From Bacteroidia bacterium (GTDB lineage: Bacteria; Bacteroidota; Bacteroidia; NS11-12g; UBA9320), in the NCBI GenBank assembly GCA_044339595.1, contig JBIIVF010000002.1, positions 1 through 62,369 on the forward strand: a DNA stretch of 62,369 nucleotides, given 5' to 3'. Shown here in pieces: positions 1-9,956 of this stretch. The translations under genes were made by a program, and so were the position numbers. The notes below the pieces were generated by a model. It did no database searches. It worked only from the letters and a program-made list of their open reading frames with translations, and was not told the DNA's origin. Within the stretch, counting starts at the first letter, position 1. Each line of letters begins with the position of its first letter.

Positions 1-1
1 G

Positions 2-2362
2 GATGAAATTATGTCCAAAACCTCTAAACTGATTCAGGCTAGACCGAATAGCAAATGGGTTGACGATGCGTTTTTATTGGTGGCACAATCGCATTTTTAC
101 CGATATGACTTGTATTCTGCGCTCGAAGCTTTCCAATATGTATATTCCCAGTACAACGATCAGGAGATAAAATACGACGCCCAGCTTTGGATTTTAAGAA
201 CGCTCATCCGTCAAAAAAAGCTGTACGATGCAGAATCAATCTATAACCTGATTCAACAAGAGAAAAAGCTACCCAAGCGATTGAACAAGATGTTGTATCA
301 AACGGCTGCCGAAATGTATATCCGTGAAAATAAATATTCTCAAGCGCTGGAGTACATGTTAAAAGCAGAACCCCTTTTGAGAACCCGTGCGGAGAAATAC
401 AGATCCCATTTCATTTTGGGTCAGATCTATCAGAAACTTGGCAATCACAAAGAGTCCTATCGACATTTTGAAAAGACCGTCAAGATGTTTCCTCCTTATG
501 AGTATGCTTTTCAGGCCAATTTAGGGATGAGCCGAATGCTGTCACAATTGGGCGGCAACAGTGCTAAAAATACCCGAAAGTATCTGAAGCAAATGTTGAA
601 GGATGATAAGAACCTCGACTATTTTGATGAGATATATTTTGAGTTGGGAAATCTAGAAATGAAGGATGGAAAAACCTCCGCAGCCATCGAATACTACAAG
701 TTATCGGCTTGGTCATCAGTCAAGAATAAAATCCAAAAGGCCAATTCTTATTTGGCTTTGGCTAATTTGTATTTCGAACGGAAGGATTACCCATTGGCCC
801 AGGCGTATTTCGATAGTACGGCAGCCTTTATTACCAAAGAGCATCCCCAATATGAGCAAATCATTGCCAGGCAAAATGTGCTTTCAGATTTAATCAAGAA
901 TTTGGTGACCATTGAAACACAAGACAGCTTGATGGATTTGTCGAAAATGAACAAAGCGGATCTTGACAAATTCGTAGAACGGATGGTTCAGAAAGAAAAA
1001 GATGCTAAAGCAGCCAAGGAAGCCAAAGGGGCAGAGGCAGGTTCTTCTCCTTCCGGTAATCCGTTTGATCAGAATGCACTGCCCTCTCAGGGTGGCCCGT
1101 CAGTGCCCTCAGGCGGGGGGGCAGATTGGTATTTTTATAATCAAAGTGCCATGTCAAGGGGATACACCGAATTTACCAGAAAATGGGGAAGCCGGAAGCA
1201 TACAGAATTCTGGAGAATTGCCGCAAAAGCCAAAGAATTTGAAGCGGAAAAAGCCTTTGAAACACCTGAAAAGAAAAAGGAAGAAGACATCAATGCTGAA
1301 ATCAGTTATGATGCTCAACAGGATATAGAACAACAGGCTGCTATTCAAAATGTCTCTCAAGATTTACAGAAGTATTACGTAAACATCCCGTTTTCAGAAC
1401 AAGCCAAAAAAGTAAGTCATATCAAAACAGAAAAGGCCCTATTCAATGCCGGAAAGGTATATCAGGAAAGCTTAAAAGAATATTTAATGGCCATCAGCTA
1501 TTACGAAAAACTTCGTATACAATATCCTGAAAGTGATTTGAATCCTGAAGCGATTTTTAACATGATTCGTTGTTATGAGGCATTGGAGAATACTGAAAAG
1601 GTGAAAGAATTGAGTATTATACTCAATCAAAAATACCCGAAGTCTCCCTTTAATATGGTGATCAATAACAAGGATGTCACAGAGAATGCAGGAGAGAATA
1701 AGAAGGTTGTGGCGCTCTATAATCAAATGTATGACGCCTATCAAGCCGGGAAATACAAAGAAGCAAAGGCGATCAAATTGGAGGCAGATAAGCAATACTC
1801 CGGAAATTCATTGCAGTCTAAATTTGATTTATTGTATGCGTTCTGTGTGGCACGCACAGACTCTCTGACCGTGTTTCTTGATTTACTTCAAATCATCAAA
1901 GAGAACTATGTTGGCACTTCAGTGGCGGTAACGGCAACAGAAATGCTGGAGTATTATCAGAATAGAAATAAACCGAAAGTAGATGTAGCCGAATCAACCG
2001 GCAGCTTCACCTATCAGCCTTCAACTCCTCATGTGTATATATTAACTTTTCAAGGGGGTAATGCGGAGCAAATCAAACGGGCCTATGGTGATTTTAACAA
2101 AGATCAGTTTAACCGGGATAATTTGCAGGTGGTCTCCACGCTTTTGGGGGATTTACAAGTGCTCATGGTGAAAAGCTTTAAGACCAAAGCGGATGCTGAA
2201 AAATATTATGTTCGGTTTATCAGTAACCGCGATTTCTTTGACAAACTGGAACTGAAGAAATATGACAATCTTTTTATTTCTGAAGACAACTTCAAAATTT
2301 TGCTAAAGGAAAAAGACATCAACAATTATTTCGAGTTTTTTACAAAATTTTACATCCAATAG
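2..2362 (+). CDS. TPR-repeat protein, 5' end cut by window edge; probable gliding/T9SS protein of the SprE/PorW family
   Basis: Track ORF 11..2362 stays open back to base 2 with no upstream stop, so the N-terminus lies outside the window. It has TPR-like helical repeats (ALEAFQYVYSQY, AISYYEKLRIQYPES), a Gly/Ser/Pro low-complexity linker and a C-terminal domain. The family call rests on remembered similarity to Flavobacterium SprE and was not searched. Confidence 0.6.
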   Translation, partial: DEIMSKTSKLIQARPNSKWVDDAFLLVAQSHFYRYDLYSALEAFQYVYSQYNDQEIKYDAQLWILRTLIRQKKLYDAESIYNLIQQEKKLPKRLNKMLYQTAAEMYIRENKYSQALEYMLKAEPLLRTRAEKYRSHFILGQIYQKLGNHKESYRHFEKTVKMFPPYEYAFQANLGMSRMLSQLGGNSAKNTRKYLKQMLKDDKNLDYFDEIYFELGNLEMKDGKTSAAIEYYKLSAWSSVKNKIQKANSYLALANLYFERKDYPLAQAYFDSTAAFITKEHPQYEQIIARQNVLSDLIKNLVTIETQDSLMDLSKMNKADLDKFVERMVQKEKDAKAAKEAKGAEAGSSPSGNPFDQNALPSQGGPSVPSGGGADWYFYNQSAMSRGYTEFTRKWGSRKHTEFWRIAAKAKEFEAEKAFETPEKKKEEDINAEISYDAQQDIEQQAAIQNVSQDLQKYYVNIPFSEQAKKVSHIKTEKALFNAGKVYQESLKEYLMAISYYEKLRIQYPESDLNPEAIFNMIRCYEALENTEKVKELSIILNQKYPKSPFNMVINNKDVTENAGENKKVVALYNQMYDAYQAGKYKEAKAIKLEADKQYSGNSLQSKFDLLYAFCVARTDSLTVFLDLLQIIKENYVGTSVAVTATEMLEYYQNRNKPKVDVAESTGSFTYQPSTPHVYILTFQGGNAEQIKRAYGDFNKDQFNRDNLQVVSTLLGDLQVLMVKSFKTKADAEKYYVRFISNRDFFDKLELKKYDNLFISEDNFKILLKEKDINNYFEFFTKFYIQ

Positions 2363-2371
2363 AGTTCATTT

Positions 2372-4597
2372 ATGGCCGCAAATAAATCTCCAATCATCAA
2401 ACGCATATGGCAGATATTTGCAGCGGGTATTGTGTTGTTATTGTTGGTGGTGTTTTTTACTGCCATGGGGTGGCTCGGAAAATTGCCGGATATCAATGAA
2501 CTTGAGAATCCATCCACCAAACTAGCCTCAGAAATCTATGCGTCAGATGGCGTTCAACTCGGAAAAATATATTCTCAGGAAGACCGCACCAACATCAAGT
2601 ACAACGAGTTGCCCAAGCATATCGTTAATGCGCTGGTAGCCACTGAAGATGCCCGATTCTTCAAACATTCCGGTATCGACATCAAGAGTTTGTTCAGAGC
2701 CGTTTTTTTTCTTGGTAAAAGGGGAGGAGGCAGCACCATCACCCAACAGTTGGCCAAAAATATGTTTCACCCTGCAAAAAGGAATCTCATTGAACGGGTA
2801 TTACAAAAATTAAAAGAATGGGTGATTGCAGCGGAACTTGAGAAACGTTATACAAAAGATGAAATTATTCTGATGTATTTCAATACCGTGCCATGGGAAA
2901 ATAGTTATGGAATAAAATCGGCAGCGAAACGCTTTTTTAACAAAGAAACCAAAGACCTCAACCTGGAAGAAGGTGCTTTGTTGGTAGGTTTGCTCAAAGC
3001 CAGCGGATTCTATCATCCTGTGCATCACCCTGATAGGGCTTTAAATCGACGTAATACCGTTTTCAATCAGATGGAGAAATATGGTTATCTGACCAAAGAA
3101 GTACGCGATTCCTTTAAATCATTGCCGATGGATATCGATTATCAAATGATTTCTCACAATCAAGGATTGGCCACTTATTTCAGAGAATATCTCCGTCAAT
3201 ATTTGAAAGATTGGTGCGAGAAAAAGGGCTTTAATTTGTATAATGATGGTTTGAAAATATATACCACCATTGATTCACGCATTCAACGTCATGCAGAAGA
3301 GGCGGTCTCGCAACATATGGCTACCTTACAGGCACAGTTTTTTGATGAAACCAAACGAATGAAATCCAACCCGTGGCGCAGTGAAAAGGAGGGCGAATAC
3401 TGGAAAACGGATCCTGAATACATTCCGAAAAACATGAAGCGCACCGAGCGGTACCGGCTGTTGAAACAAGCCTTTGGTGATCAGGAAGATTCCATCCTAT
3501 TTTACATGAACAAAAAGGTGAAGATGACCATGTTCAGTTGGAATGGCGATCGGGATACGATGATGAGTCCGCTCGATTCAGTGAAGTATGCCAAGCAGAT
3601 TTTGCACACCGGCATGATGAGCATGGATCCAACCACCGGGCATGTAAAAGCATGGGTGGGGGGCATCAATTTGAAACACTTTCAATACGATCACGTCAAC
3701 AAAAATTCGACGCGTCAGGTGGGATCCACCTTTAAGCCCATTGTGTATGCCCGGGCGATGGACGATGAGAAGATAGAGCCTTGTGAAATGGTTCCAACGG
3801 GTCCGGTTACCCTCGAACTGGAAGATGGGAATACCTGGACTCCGGCCAACAGCGGCAAAGTTTCCGCCGCCGAGGTGAGTTTATATACCGGATTAAAAAT
3901 GTCGTACAACACGGTTACCGCCCGTGTGATGCAAAGAATGGGGCCGAGATCACCTTATGCCGTGAAGGAAATTTCTGACAAATTGGGTATCGACACCCGA
4001 AAATTCATGCCTTATCCATCCATTTGTTTAGGAACGATGGATATTTCGGTGTATGAAATGGTGGGGGCTTACAGTGCATTTGCCAATGAAGGAGAATGGA
4101 TTGAACCCATTTTTATTACCCGAATCGAAGACAAGAACGGCAATTTATTGGAAGAATTTATTCCCAAACAGCAGGAAGCCATGCGCCCCCAAACGGCATA
4201 TATAATGCTTAAAATGCTTGAAAAAGTAGTAGAAAGCGGCACCGGAGCCCGATTGCGCGGTAGATATGGTATCACTGCTCCCATTGCCGGAAAGACCGGT
4301 ACGACCCAAAATAATTCGGATGGTTGGTTTGTGGCCATTATGCCCAATCTGGTGACCGGATGTTGGGTGGGGGCGGAAGATCGTCAGGTGCGTTTCAGAA
4401 GCACCAATTTGGGACAAGGAGCCAATACAGCCTTGCCCATAACCGGACTATTCCTGAAGAAATTGCAGGATGACAAAACCATTAAACTAAACCGGGATCC
4501 TTTCAAAAAGCCCGAAAACGAGCTGACGATTCCAATCGAGTGCAATGCGGCAGAGGCGCCCCCGGATAATGATTATATTGAGGGGATAGATTTTTAG
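2372..4597 (+). CDS. mrcA: Class A penicillin-binding protein 1A (glycosyltransferase GT51 + transpeptidase)
   Basis: N-terminal TM helix. GT51 motif EDARFFKHSGID. Transpeptidase motifs STFKP (SxxK), SYN (SxN) and KTGTT. Confidence 0.9.
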   Translation: MAANKSPIIKRIWQIFAAGIVLLLLVVFFTAMGWLGKLPDINELENPSTKLASEIYASDGVQLGKIYSQEDRTNIKYNELPKHIVNALVATEDARFFKHSGIDIKSLFRAVFFLGKRGGGSTITQQLAKNMFHPAKRNLIERVLQKLKEWVIAAELEKRYTKDEIILMYFNTVPWENSYGIKSAAKRFFNKETKDLNLEEGALLVGLLKASGFYHPVHHPDRALNRRNTVFNQMEKYGYLTKEVRDSFKSLPMDIDYQMISHNQGLATYFREYLRQYLKDWCEKKGFNLYNDGLKIYTTIDSRIQRHAEEAVSQHMATLQAQFFDETKRMKSNPWRSEKEGEYWKTDPEYIPKNMKRTERYRLLKQAFGDQEDSILFYMNKKVKMTMFSWNGDRDTMMSPLDSVKYAKQILHTGMMSMDPTTGHVKAWVGGINLKHFQYDHVNKNSTRQVGSTFKPIVYARAMDDEKIEPCEMVPTGPVTLELEDGNTWTPANSGKVSAAEVSLYTGLKMSYNTVTARVMQRMGPRSPYAVKEISDKLGIDTRKFMPYPSICLGTMDISVYEMVGAYSAFANEGEWIEPIFITRIEDKNGNLLEEFIPKQQEAMRPQTAYIMLKMLEKVVESGTGARLRGRYGITAPIAGKTGTTQNNSDGWFVAIMPNLVTGCWVGAEDRQVRFRSTNLGQGANTALPITGLFLKKLQDDKTIKLNRDPFKKPENELTIPIECNAAEAPPDNDYIEGIDF

Positions 4598-4606
4598 GAT
4601 TAACCC

Positions 4607-7186
4607 TTAATTATCAAACCAGAACGCCCTTCTGTTCAACTTCAAATCTTGTAACGTAGGTGACTTTACGCGAATCGTGAAATCGAAACTTTGACGAGGC
4701 CCCACAGGTATCCATCCAAAACTGAATTCCCAGCAGTGAAGGTTGCGGAAGAAATCAATCTTGGTCAGCGAAAGCTCTTTTAATGTGAAATTATAACCGG
4801 AGGATAAGGCGATCTTCCAGCGCTCAGTTAAATTGATATCTCCGTTAAAGGTGAAACTCTGATCTATTTCCGGTTTAGATTCCCAAGGCTTGTTATAGCT
4901 GATGTTGTAGTTCAGACTGAGACTCCAGGGTATATTAAAATCAACATAGGCGTAGGGTCTGCTGTTGATCATCTCCAATTCTGTTTCTGAACCGACCTCT
5001 GATGTTTTCTTTTTGTTGGCGCGGGGATTCAGATTGGTGCTCATCGATAATCGACCATAGGTGAACCTTGTTAGCTTGCGATAGTCGCCTAACATAGAGC
5101 GATTTACACGATAATATGAGGTCCCCACAGAATCAAAGGAATACGGATCAAGATTACCTGAAAAGTTCAGGTTGATGCGTTCAAACAAGGTGGTATTGCC
5201 ACTCATGGTGATCACCGACAATCTCAGAGAATCCGCCAAAAAATTGTATCCTCCGTTGACATTGAACGATTCAATCAGCTTGATTTTTTTAATGCCTCCA
5301 TTGGCGGTATCCTTCGAACTGCGGATCTTCATTTCCAGGTTATTGCCAATTCCGAAATTCAGCGATGCAGATGCTGCCCCGGAAGGTCCACCTAAAATGC
5401 CGTTGTCGAAAATTGTGTATCCGGATTTGGTTCCGGCAGTGTCGGTCTGAACTTGTCGATAGCCAAAACGACTGTCTTTGGTGTAATCCGGATTCCAACC
5501 GGCAGAGATCTGAGGGCGAACTACGTGCCTGATCGCATAAATACCCCCTTTTTTGAATGTTTTGGTGCCATAAAAAATGGTACTCATGCTGATCGAAGCA
5601 GAATATTGCATGGCTCGTTCGAAACCGGTTCGCTCAAAGGAAAGTAACGTGTCGTTGTCGGTATCCCATTGTTTTTCAAGGGTTTTGAAATACCAGTAAT
5701 CGTTGAGGTTAAAACTCGGATTGACAGAAAAATATTTGAATGCTTTGAAAGAGGTTCCAATGGGCACACTGTGGCGGATACCATTATTCATACTGTCGAT
5801 GACCGAAGCCTTAAATAAATTTTCTTCTTGCACCTGCACCCTGTTTTCCATATTCCCCTGATAGGAAAGTCCGAAATTTTTGAGGATTTGTTTCGAAGTG
5901 GCCCTCTGTTCGAAGGGCATGTATCTGCTGGCCGAAAGGGTGAGGGATGGCAGACTCACATTCACAGTTTTGGTTTGCACGTTTTGATCCATCCTGCCGT
6001 TGGCTCCAAGATTTATTTTTCCATCTCTGAAGGTTTTATTGTAACCCAAACTGCTGTTGATGTTTGATCGGGCGATATCATTGACCTGAAAGGAGTTGTT
6101 CTTGTAAAAGTTGCTGCTCACATAGTTCACATTGGCATTGAAAGATCTTCCCGGCTTGGCTTTGGCATCCTGCATAAAAGTCCAGTGTAAGTTCACATCT
6201 CCTGATTCACTGTAAGAGGCAGACTCAGGTTCTCCAAACTCATTGAGATTATAACTAAAAGTGAGGTTCCCGTTATATCGATATCGTTTCTTATAATTGG
6301 TTCTGGCGGTAATCCCCCAGCTTCCCCTGAAATAAAAGGTTCCAAGAACGGCTAAATCCATGTAATCACTGATGGGGGTGTAATAGCCGAAATCACGCAG
6401 AAAGAAACCGCGATCCTGGGTTTCGCCATACGTAGGAAATAGAATTCCTTTGGTTTGTTTGCTTTTGATGGGGAAGAATCCGAAAGGAATCACCAGTGGG
6501 GTTCGAACCCCTGCAACCACCAAATTGGCGGGTCCTGTTACGACTTGTTTTTTTGGAATGATCTTGAATTTTTTGGCGCTGATGTAAAAGTGCGGATCAG
6601 GATCATCACAAGTGGTGTATCGGGCACTTTTTACATATATCTGACCGGAACTGTCTTTCAGCACTTTTTCTCCATACACAAACCCGTCATCTTCCGTGGT
6701 AATCACGCCTTCAGAAACCCCTTTTTTAGATTCAAAGTTATACCGCATGGCATCGGCTTCATAGCTCTTTCCCCCTTCTGTAAACACAGGAATTCCCATT
6801 TTTTTTCCGGAGGAGTCTTTACCGTGTTTGGCGGAAACTTCTTTTTTATTGAAATCCATCAGGATGTAATCTGCCACAAGCATCATCCCTTCATATTCGA
6901 TTTTTGCTTCGCCATAGAGATGAACCTGTTTGGCCTTTAAATCAAAAAAGATCGAATCCTTTGATTTATAAGTAATTTTTGATTCGAGGGCATCCTTACT
7001 TTTATTCACAATTTTGCCTTTCCCGTTCAAAGTGTCGGTAACCGTTAGGGTGTCGGCACCGGTTTGTCCTGCACTATACACAGCAGTGGCTGAAATCCAC
7101 AACAGTATATGCAAAACCTTGAGAGCGATATGGTAAATCCCGGACTGAATGGTGTTATCTTTGTAATTGCTGAAAGGCGGCTTCAA
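4607..7186 (-). CDS. lptD: LptD/OstA-like outer-membrane LPS-assembly protein
   Basis: 859 aa with a signal-like N-terminus and an OstA-N-like segment (KSKDSIFFDLKAKQVHLYGEAKIEYEGMMLVADYI). Followed by a long beta-strand-rich region with alternating aromatic residues. Sits divergent from the amidase gene, as commonly seen in Bacteroidota. Confidence 0.7.
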   Translation of the reverse strand: MKPPFSNYKDNTIQSGIYHIALKVLHILLWISATAVYSAGQTGADTLTVTDTLNGKGKIVNKSKDALESKITYKSKDSIFFDLKAKQVHLYGEAKIEYEGMMLVADYILMDFNKKEVSAKHGKDSSGKKMGIPVFTEGGKSYEADAMRYNFESKKGVSEGVITTEDDGFVYGEKVLKDSSGQIYVKSARYTTCDDPDPHFYISAKKFKIIPKKQVVTGPANLVVAGVRTPLVIPFGFFPIKSKQTKGILFPTYGETQDRGFFLRDFGYYTPISDYMDLAVLGTFYFRGSWGITARTNYKKRYRYNGNLTFSYNLNEFGEPESASYSESGDVNLHWTFMQDAKAKPGRSFNANVNYVSSNFYKNNSFQVNDIARSNINSSLGYNKTFRDGKINLGANGRMDQNVQTKTVNVSLPSLTLSASRYMPFEQRATSKQILKNFGLSYQGNMENRVQVQEENLFKASVIDSMNNGIRHSVPIGTSFKAFKYFSVNPSFNLNDYWYFKTLEKQWDTDNDTLLSFERTGFERAMQYSASISMSTIFYGTKTFKKGGIYAIRHVVRPQISAGWNPDYTKDSRFGYRQVQTDTAGTKSGYTIFDNGILGGPSGAASASLNFGIGNNLEMKIRSSKDTANGGIKKIKLIESFNVNGGYNFLADSLRLSVITMSGNTTLFERINLNFSGNLDPYSFDSVGTSYYRVNRSMLGDYRKLTRFTYGRLSMSTNLNPRANKKKTSEVGSETELEMINSRPYAYVDFNIPWSLSLNYNISYNKPWESKPEIDQSFTFNGDINLTERWKIALSSGYNFTLKELSLTKIDFFRNLHCWEFSFGWIPVGPRQSFDFTIRVKSPTLQDLKLNRRAFWFDN

Positions 7187-7254
7187 AACTAAAGAAATAT
7201 CGCCTCATGAAAGGCATAATTTTTGAACCAGTGCTGTCGTTTAACAACAATATC

Positions 7255-8094
7255 ATGAACCGGTTATCGATTAGAAGAGGATTTTTACAACAATGGGCAG
7301 TGTTATCTATGGCATTGTCGTTTGTTTTATTCAGTGCTTTTAGGTTAAGTCCGAATGCGGGCATCAAACAAACCGGGTTTACGGTGGTCATCGATGCAGG
7401 ACATGGTGGCAAAGATCCGGGTTGTATCGGACATGGAAAGGACGTGTTTGAAAAGGATATTGCGTTAAGCATCGCCCTTAAAATCGGACAAATGCTCAAA
7501 GACAGCGTAAATACCAAAGTTGTGTACACCAGATCTACCGATAAATTTGTTGAATTGTGGGAACGTGCAGCCATAGCCAACAAGAACAGTGCCGATGTAT
7601 TTATCTCCATTCATTGCAATGCAAGCAACTCGGTAACAGCCCATGGTTCTGAGACCTTTGTCATGGGCTTACACAAAAACGAAGGTAATCTTAATGTAAG
7701 TAAACGTGAGAATTCCGCGATTTTGCTTGAAGAGGATTATGAAAAAAACGAAGAATACGCCGGATTTGATCCGAATTCTCCGGAAGCCCATATTTTATTT
7801 TCATTGTATCAAAACGCTTTCAGAAATCAAAGCCTTCAATTGGCATCTTCTGTTCAGCAAAACATCGCCAAAAAGGAATTGAGAAAAAATTTAGGGGTGA
7901 AGGAAGCCGGGTTTCTGGTGCTTTGGAAAACAGCCATGCCAAGCATCTTAGTGGAAACCGGTTTTTTAACCAATCCGGATGATAAAATGTTTCTACGTTC
8001 AGACCACGGTCAAAAGCAATTGGCGCATTCGGTGATGTTGGCGGTGAAAGATTACAAGGTTCAGATAGAAAAGCAGAACGGCAAAAAAGGATAA
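7255..8094 (+). CDS. N-acetylmuramoyl-L-alanine amidase (Amidase_3 family)
   Basis: VVIDAGHGGKDPG zinc-site motif, SIHCNA, and ETGFLTNPDD near the C-terminus. The track ORF starts at 7207. ATG 7255 (MNRLSIRRG..., signal-like) is the more plausible start. Confidence 0.85.
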   Translation: MNRLSIRRGFLQQWAVLSMALSFVLFSAFRLSPNAGIKQTGFTVVIDAGHGGKDPGCIGHGKDVFEKDIALSIALKIGQMLKDSVNTKVVYTRSTDKFVELWERAAIANKNSADVFISIHCNASNSVTAHGSETFVMGLHKNEGNLNVSKRENSAILLEEDYEKNEEYAGFDPNSPEAHILFSLYQNAFRNQSLQLASSVQQNIAKKELRKNLGVKEAGFLVLWKTAMPSILVETGFLTNPDDKMFLRSDHGQKQLAHSVMLAVKDYKVQIEKQNGKKG

Positions 8095-8118
8095 AATCTG
8101 CTCTTTGCGTTAAATCAT

Positions 8119-8126
8119 TAAATTTG
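8119..8126 (+). promoter_or_regulatory. Candidate Bacteroidota sigma-A -7 box (TAAATTTG) upstream of the MlaD-like gene
   Basis: Exact match to the TAnnTTTG consensus, 40 nt upstream of ATG 8166. Confidence 0.4.
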
Positions 8127-8165
8127 CACGTTCCATCGTGTACAGTTAAGTTATAAGAAGGGTTC

Positions 8166-9119
8166 ATGAAAATTTCAAACGAGACCAAGGTCGGGGTGCT
8201 ATCGGCCATATCTATCACCATACTCATTTTGGGTTTCAATTTTCTCAAAGGAGAAAACGTATTTACCAAGGAAAATGAATTTGTGGCGGTTTATCAGCAG
8301 GTGGACGGGCTTTTTGCTTCGAATCCTGTGTTAATCAACGGATATAAAGTAGGGCAGGTAAGTGAGGTGAAAATGGATAATAAAACCTTGAATCTATATG
8401 TGGTCATCAAGGTTCCCAATGACATTAAAATTCCCCGAAACACGATAGCCAAGATTGTCAACAACGACCTTTTGGGATCGAAGGCTGTAGAATTACTCAT
8501 GGGGGATAGTTCGCTTTTAGCCAAAAACGGCGATACCCTGAACAGCACCAAAGATCCGGGAATGGCGCAGGCCATCAGTGGAATTCTTTCTCCGCTTAAA
8601 GATAAGGTCAATACCATACTCGGTGGACTTGAACCTGCTTTTGCGGATGATAAATTGGGTAAAGCCATTCTCGAATTGACAGCCACCCTCAATGAATTTA
8701 AGACCACCGCCGGAAAACTCAATGGAATTTTAGCAGCCAATGAAAATAAAATTGCATCGGTTGTTGCCAATTTGGATGAAACGAGCAAGGACCTTAAGAA
8801 GAGCACACCCAAAATTGACAGCATCATGAATCAGTTGAATGTTACCACCCGTCAATTGGCTGAATCTGATTTAAAGAAAACCATCGAAAAGATCAATGCA
8901 ACGGTGGTCGAACTGAATACATTGCTAACTCAGGTGAATAAAGGGGAAGGCAGTTTGGGCAAATTGGTGAAAGACGATTCAATGTACAACAACATCAATG
9001 CGGCATCCATGCAGCTCGATCAATTGCTCAAGGACATTGAGAAATATCCCAGAAGATATTCGGGTTTTACAGAAAAACAGCGAAAAAAGGGCGATTTAGA
9101 GAAAGGGATTAAGAAATAG
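8166..9119 (+). CDS. MlaD/MCE-domain protein (lipid-asymmetry ABC transporter periplasmic component)
   Basis: N-terminal anchor MKISNETKVGVLSAISITILILGFNFLKG is typical of MlaD. An MCE beta-barrel region follows, then a long coiled-coil-like C-terminus. Confidence 0.8.
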   Translation: MKISNETKVGVLSAISITILILGFNFLKGENVFTKENEFVAVYQQVDGLFASNPVLINGYKVGQVSEVKMDNKTLNLYVVIKVPNDIKIPRNTIAKIVNNDLLGSKAVELLMGDSSLLAKNGDTLNSTKDPGMAQAISGILSPLKDKVNTILGGLEPAFADDKLGKAILELTATLNEFKTTAGKLNGILAANENKIASVVANLDETSKDLKKSTPKIDSIMNQLNVTTRQLAESDLKKTIEKINATVVELNTLLTQVNKGEGSLGKLVKDDSMYNNINAASMQLDQLLKDIEKYPRRYSGFTEKQRKKGDLEKGIKK

Positions 9120-9285
9120 GCCCCTATTTGGTTGGCTTTCAGGAGATTACGAGTTTTGAAAGTCGCACATATTTAGGAAGTCAGGCTGATTAAATGGCAG
9201 GATTTGAGCGTTTTGTTTATTTTGTATCGAAGGAATAAGATAGATTAATTCTGGTAGAGGTAGTTCATTGGAACATTTTTTTACT

Positions 9286-9543
9286 TCAATCATAATGAAA
9301 TCTGCATTTTGCAATGAAAATTTCATCGCCATTCACTGCATATATCAACCTATGTTCGCGATCAATTCTGCGCGACCAAAATCCTTTATATTTATGTTTC
9401 AAAGGCTCAGGTTTCCCGATGCCGGAGAAGGGATTTCGCGAAATGTCTTTTAACAAATCATTTATTTTGGATAATACTCTCTTGTCCGTTTTTTGCCAAT
9501 ACAAATAATCTTCCCAAGACTCATCAACAAAAATGTATTTCAT
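9286..9543 (-). CDS. yoeB: Type II toxin YoeB/Txe (ribosome-dependent mRNA interferase)
   Basis: 85 aa. WEDYLYWQKTD...NPFSGIGKPEPLK...WSRRIDREHRLIY...C..HY is the canonical YoeB pattern. There is a 4-nt ATGA overlap with the upstream antitoxin. Confidence 0.9.
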   Translation of the reverse strand: MKYIFVDESWEDYLYWQKTDKRVLSKINDLLKDISRNPFSGIGKPEPLKHKYKGFWSRRIDREHRLIYAVNGDEIFIAKCRFHYD

Positions 9544-9794
9544 AATTCAAGAAGGTCTTTCTGAATCAATGAACCTGTTTTGAGTTTTTCTATGGCAGAA
9601 TCTAATCTTTTTTCATTTGTCTTGGATGACATCTCATGATAGGTTGCAAAGAGTGAATTATACTCATCTAATGACATAATGACCACACCGCTGTCTTTTC
9701 CTCTGTTGATGATCAAAGTTTCGAAGTCATTGGTCACTCGGTCAAGATACTGCTTAATGTCTTTTCTAAAATCGGAAATGGTTGTTGTTAACAT
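9540..9794 (-). CDS. yefM: Type II antitoxin YefM/Phd
   Basis: MLTTTISDFRKDIKQYLDRV...LIINRGKDSGVVIMSLDEYNSL is a Phd/YefM N-domain. The track ORF extends to 9905, but the extension (LYLYSPMY...) looks non-genuine. ATG at 9792-9794 (minus strand) was chosen. Confidence 0.85.
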   Translation of the reverse strand: MLTTTISDFRKDIKQYLDRVTNDFETLIINRGKDSGVVIMSLDEYNSLFATYHEMSSKTNEKRLDSAIEKLKTGSLIQKDLLEL

Positions 9795-9806
9795 GGTATT
9801 GTTTTC

Positions 9807-9832
9807 TTTGTACATAGGGGAGTACAAATATA
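9807..9832 (-). promoter_or_regulatory. Candidate yefM-yoeB operator/promoter: 7-bp perfect inverted repeat TTTGTAC-N8-GTACAAA overlapping a TATATTTG -7 box
   Basis: IR arms lie at 9807-9813 and 9822-9828. A TGTACA hexamer sits at 9809-9814. On the minus strand, 9825-9832 reads TATATTTG (TAnnTTTG). The whole element lies 13-38 nt upstream of the yefM ATG. E. coli YefM operators have GTAC-core palindromes. Confidence 0.45.
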
Positions 9833-9956
9833 AGTAAAAAAAGGGAGAAATGTTGTATTTGTCGGATGCTTTTGAATAGAAGTCAACGACCTTTAAGCTG
9901 AGCATATTTGGATCGCAAGAAAGTATGTACGTGCGTTTGAATAATTAATACGTGTT

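Noticed and set aside
6488-6522. The tRNA-like 3' end GTGGGGTTCGAACCCCTGCAACCACCA, with a T-arm-like palindrome followed by ACCA.
   Set aside because: It lies inside the LptD-like coding region, where the palindrome encodes GVRTP on the minus strand. The stem/loop lengths do not fit a 5-bp T-stem with a 7-nt loop. No complementary 5' acceptor strand (GGTTGCA) occurs about 65 nt upstream.
8294-8827. A long antisense ORF (177 aa) inside the MlaD gene. Similar shadow ORFs occur at 6455..6940, 7155..7610, 7820..8269, 14243..14647, 24547..25047, 28445..28882, 51769..52245 and 57595..58035.
   Set aside because: Each is fully embedded opposite a gene with strong family motifs, and each has low-complexity or Ser/Leu/Phe-rich translations typical of antisense frames. 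None carries a recognisable motif.
9795-9905. N-terminal extension of the antitoxin ORF (the track gives 121 aa starting at 9905).
   Set aside because: The extension (..FFYLYLYSPMYKENNT) is AT-rich promoter-like sequence containing the inverted repeat and -7 box. The YefM homology begins at the internal Met (9794).
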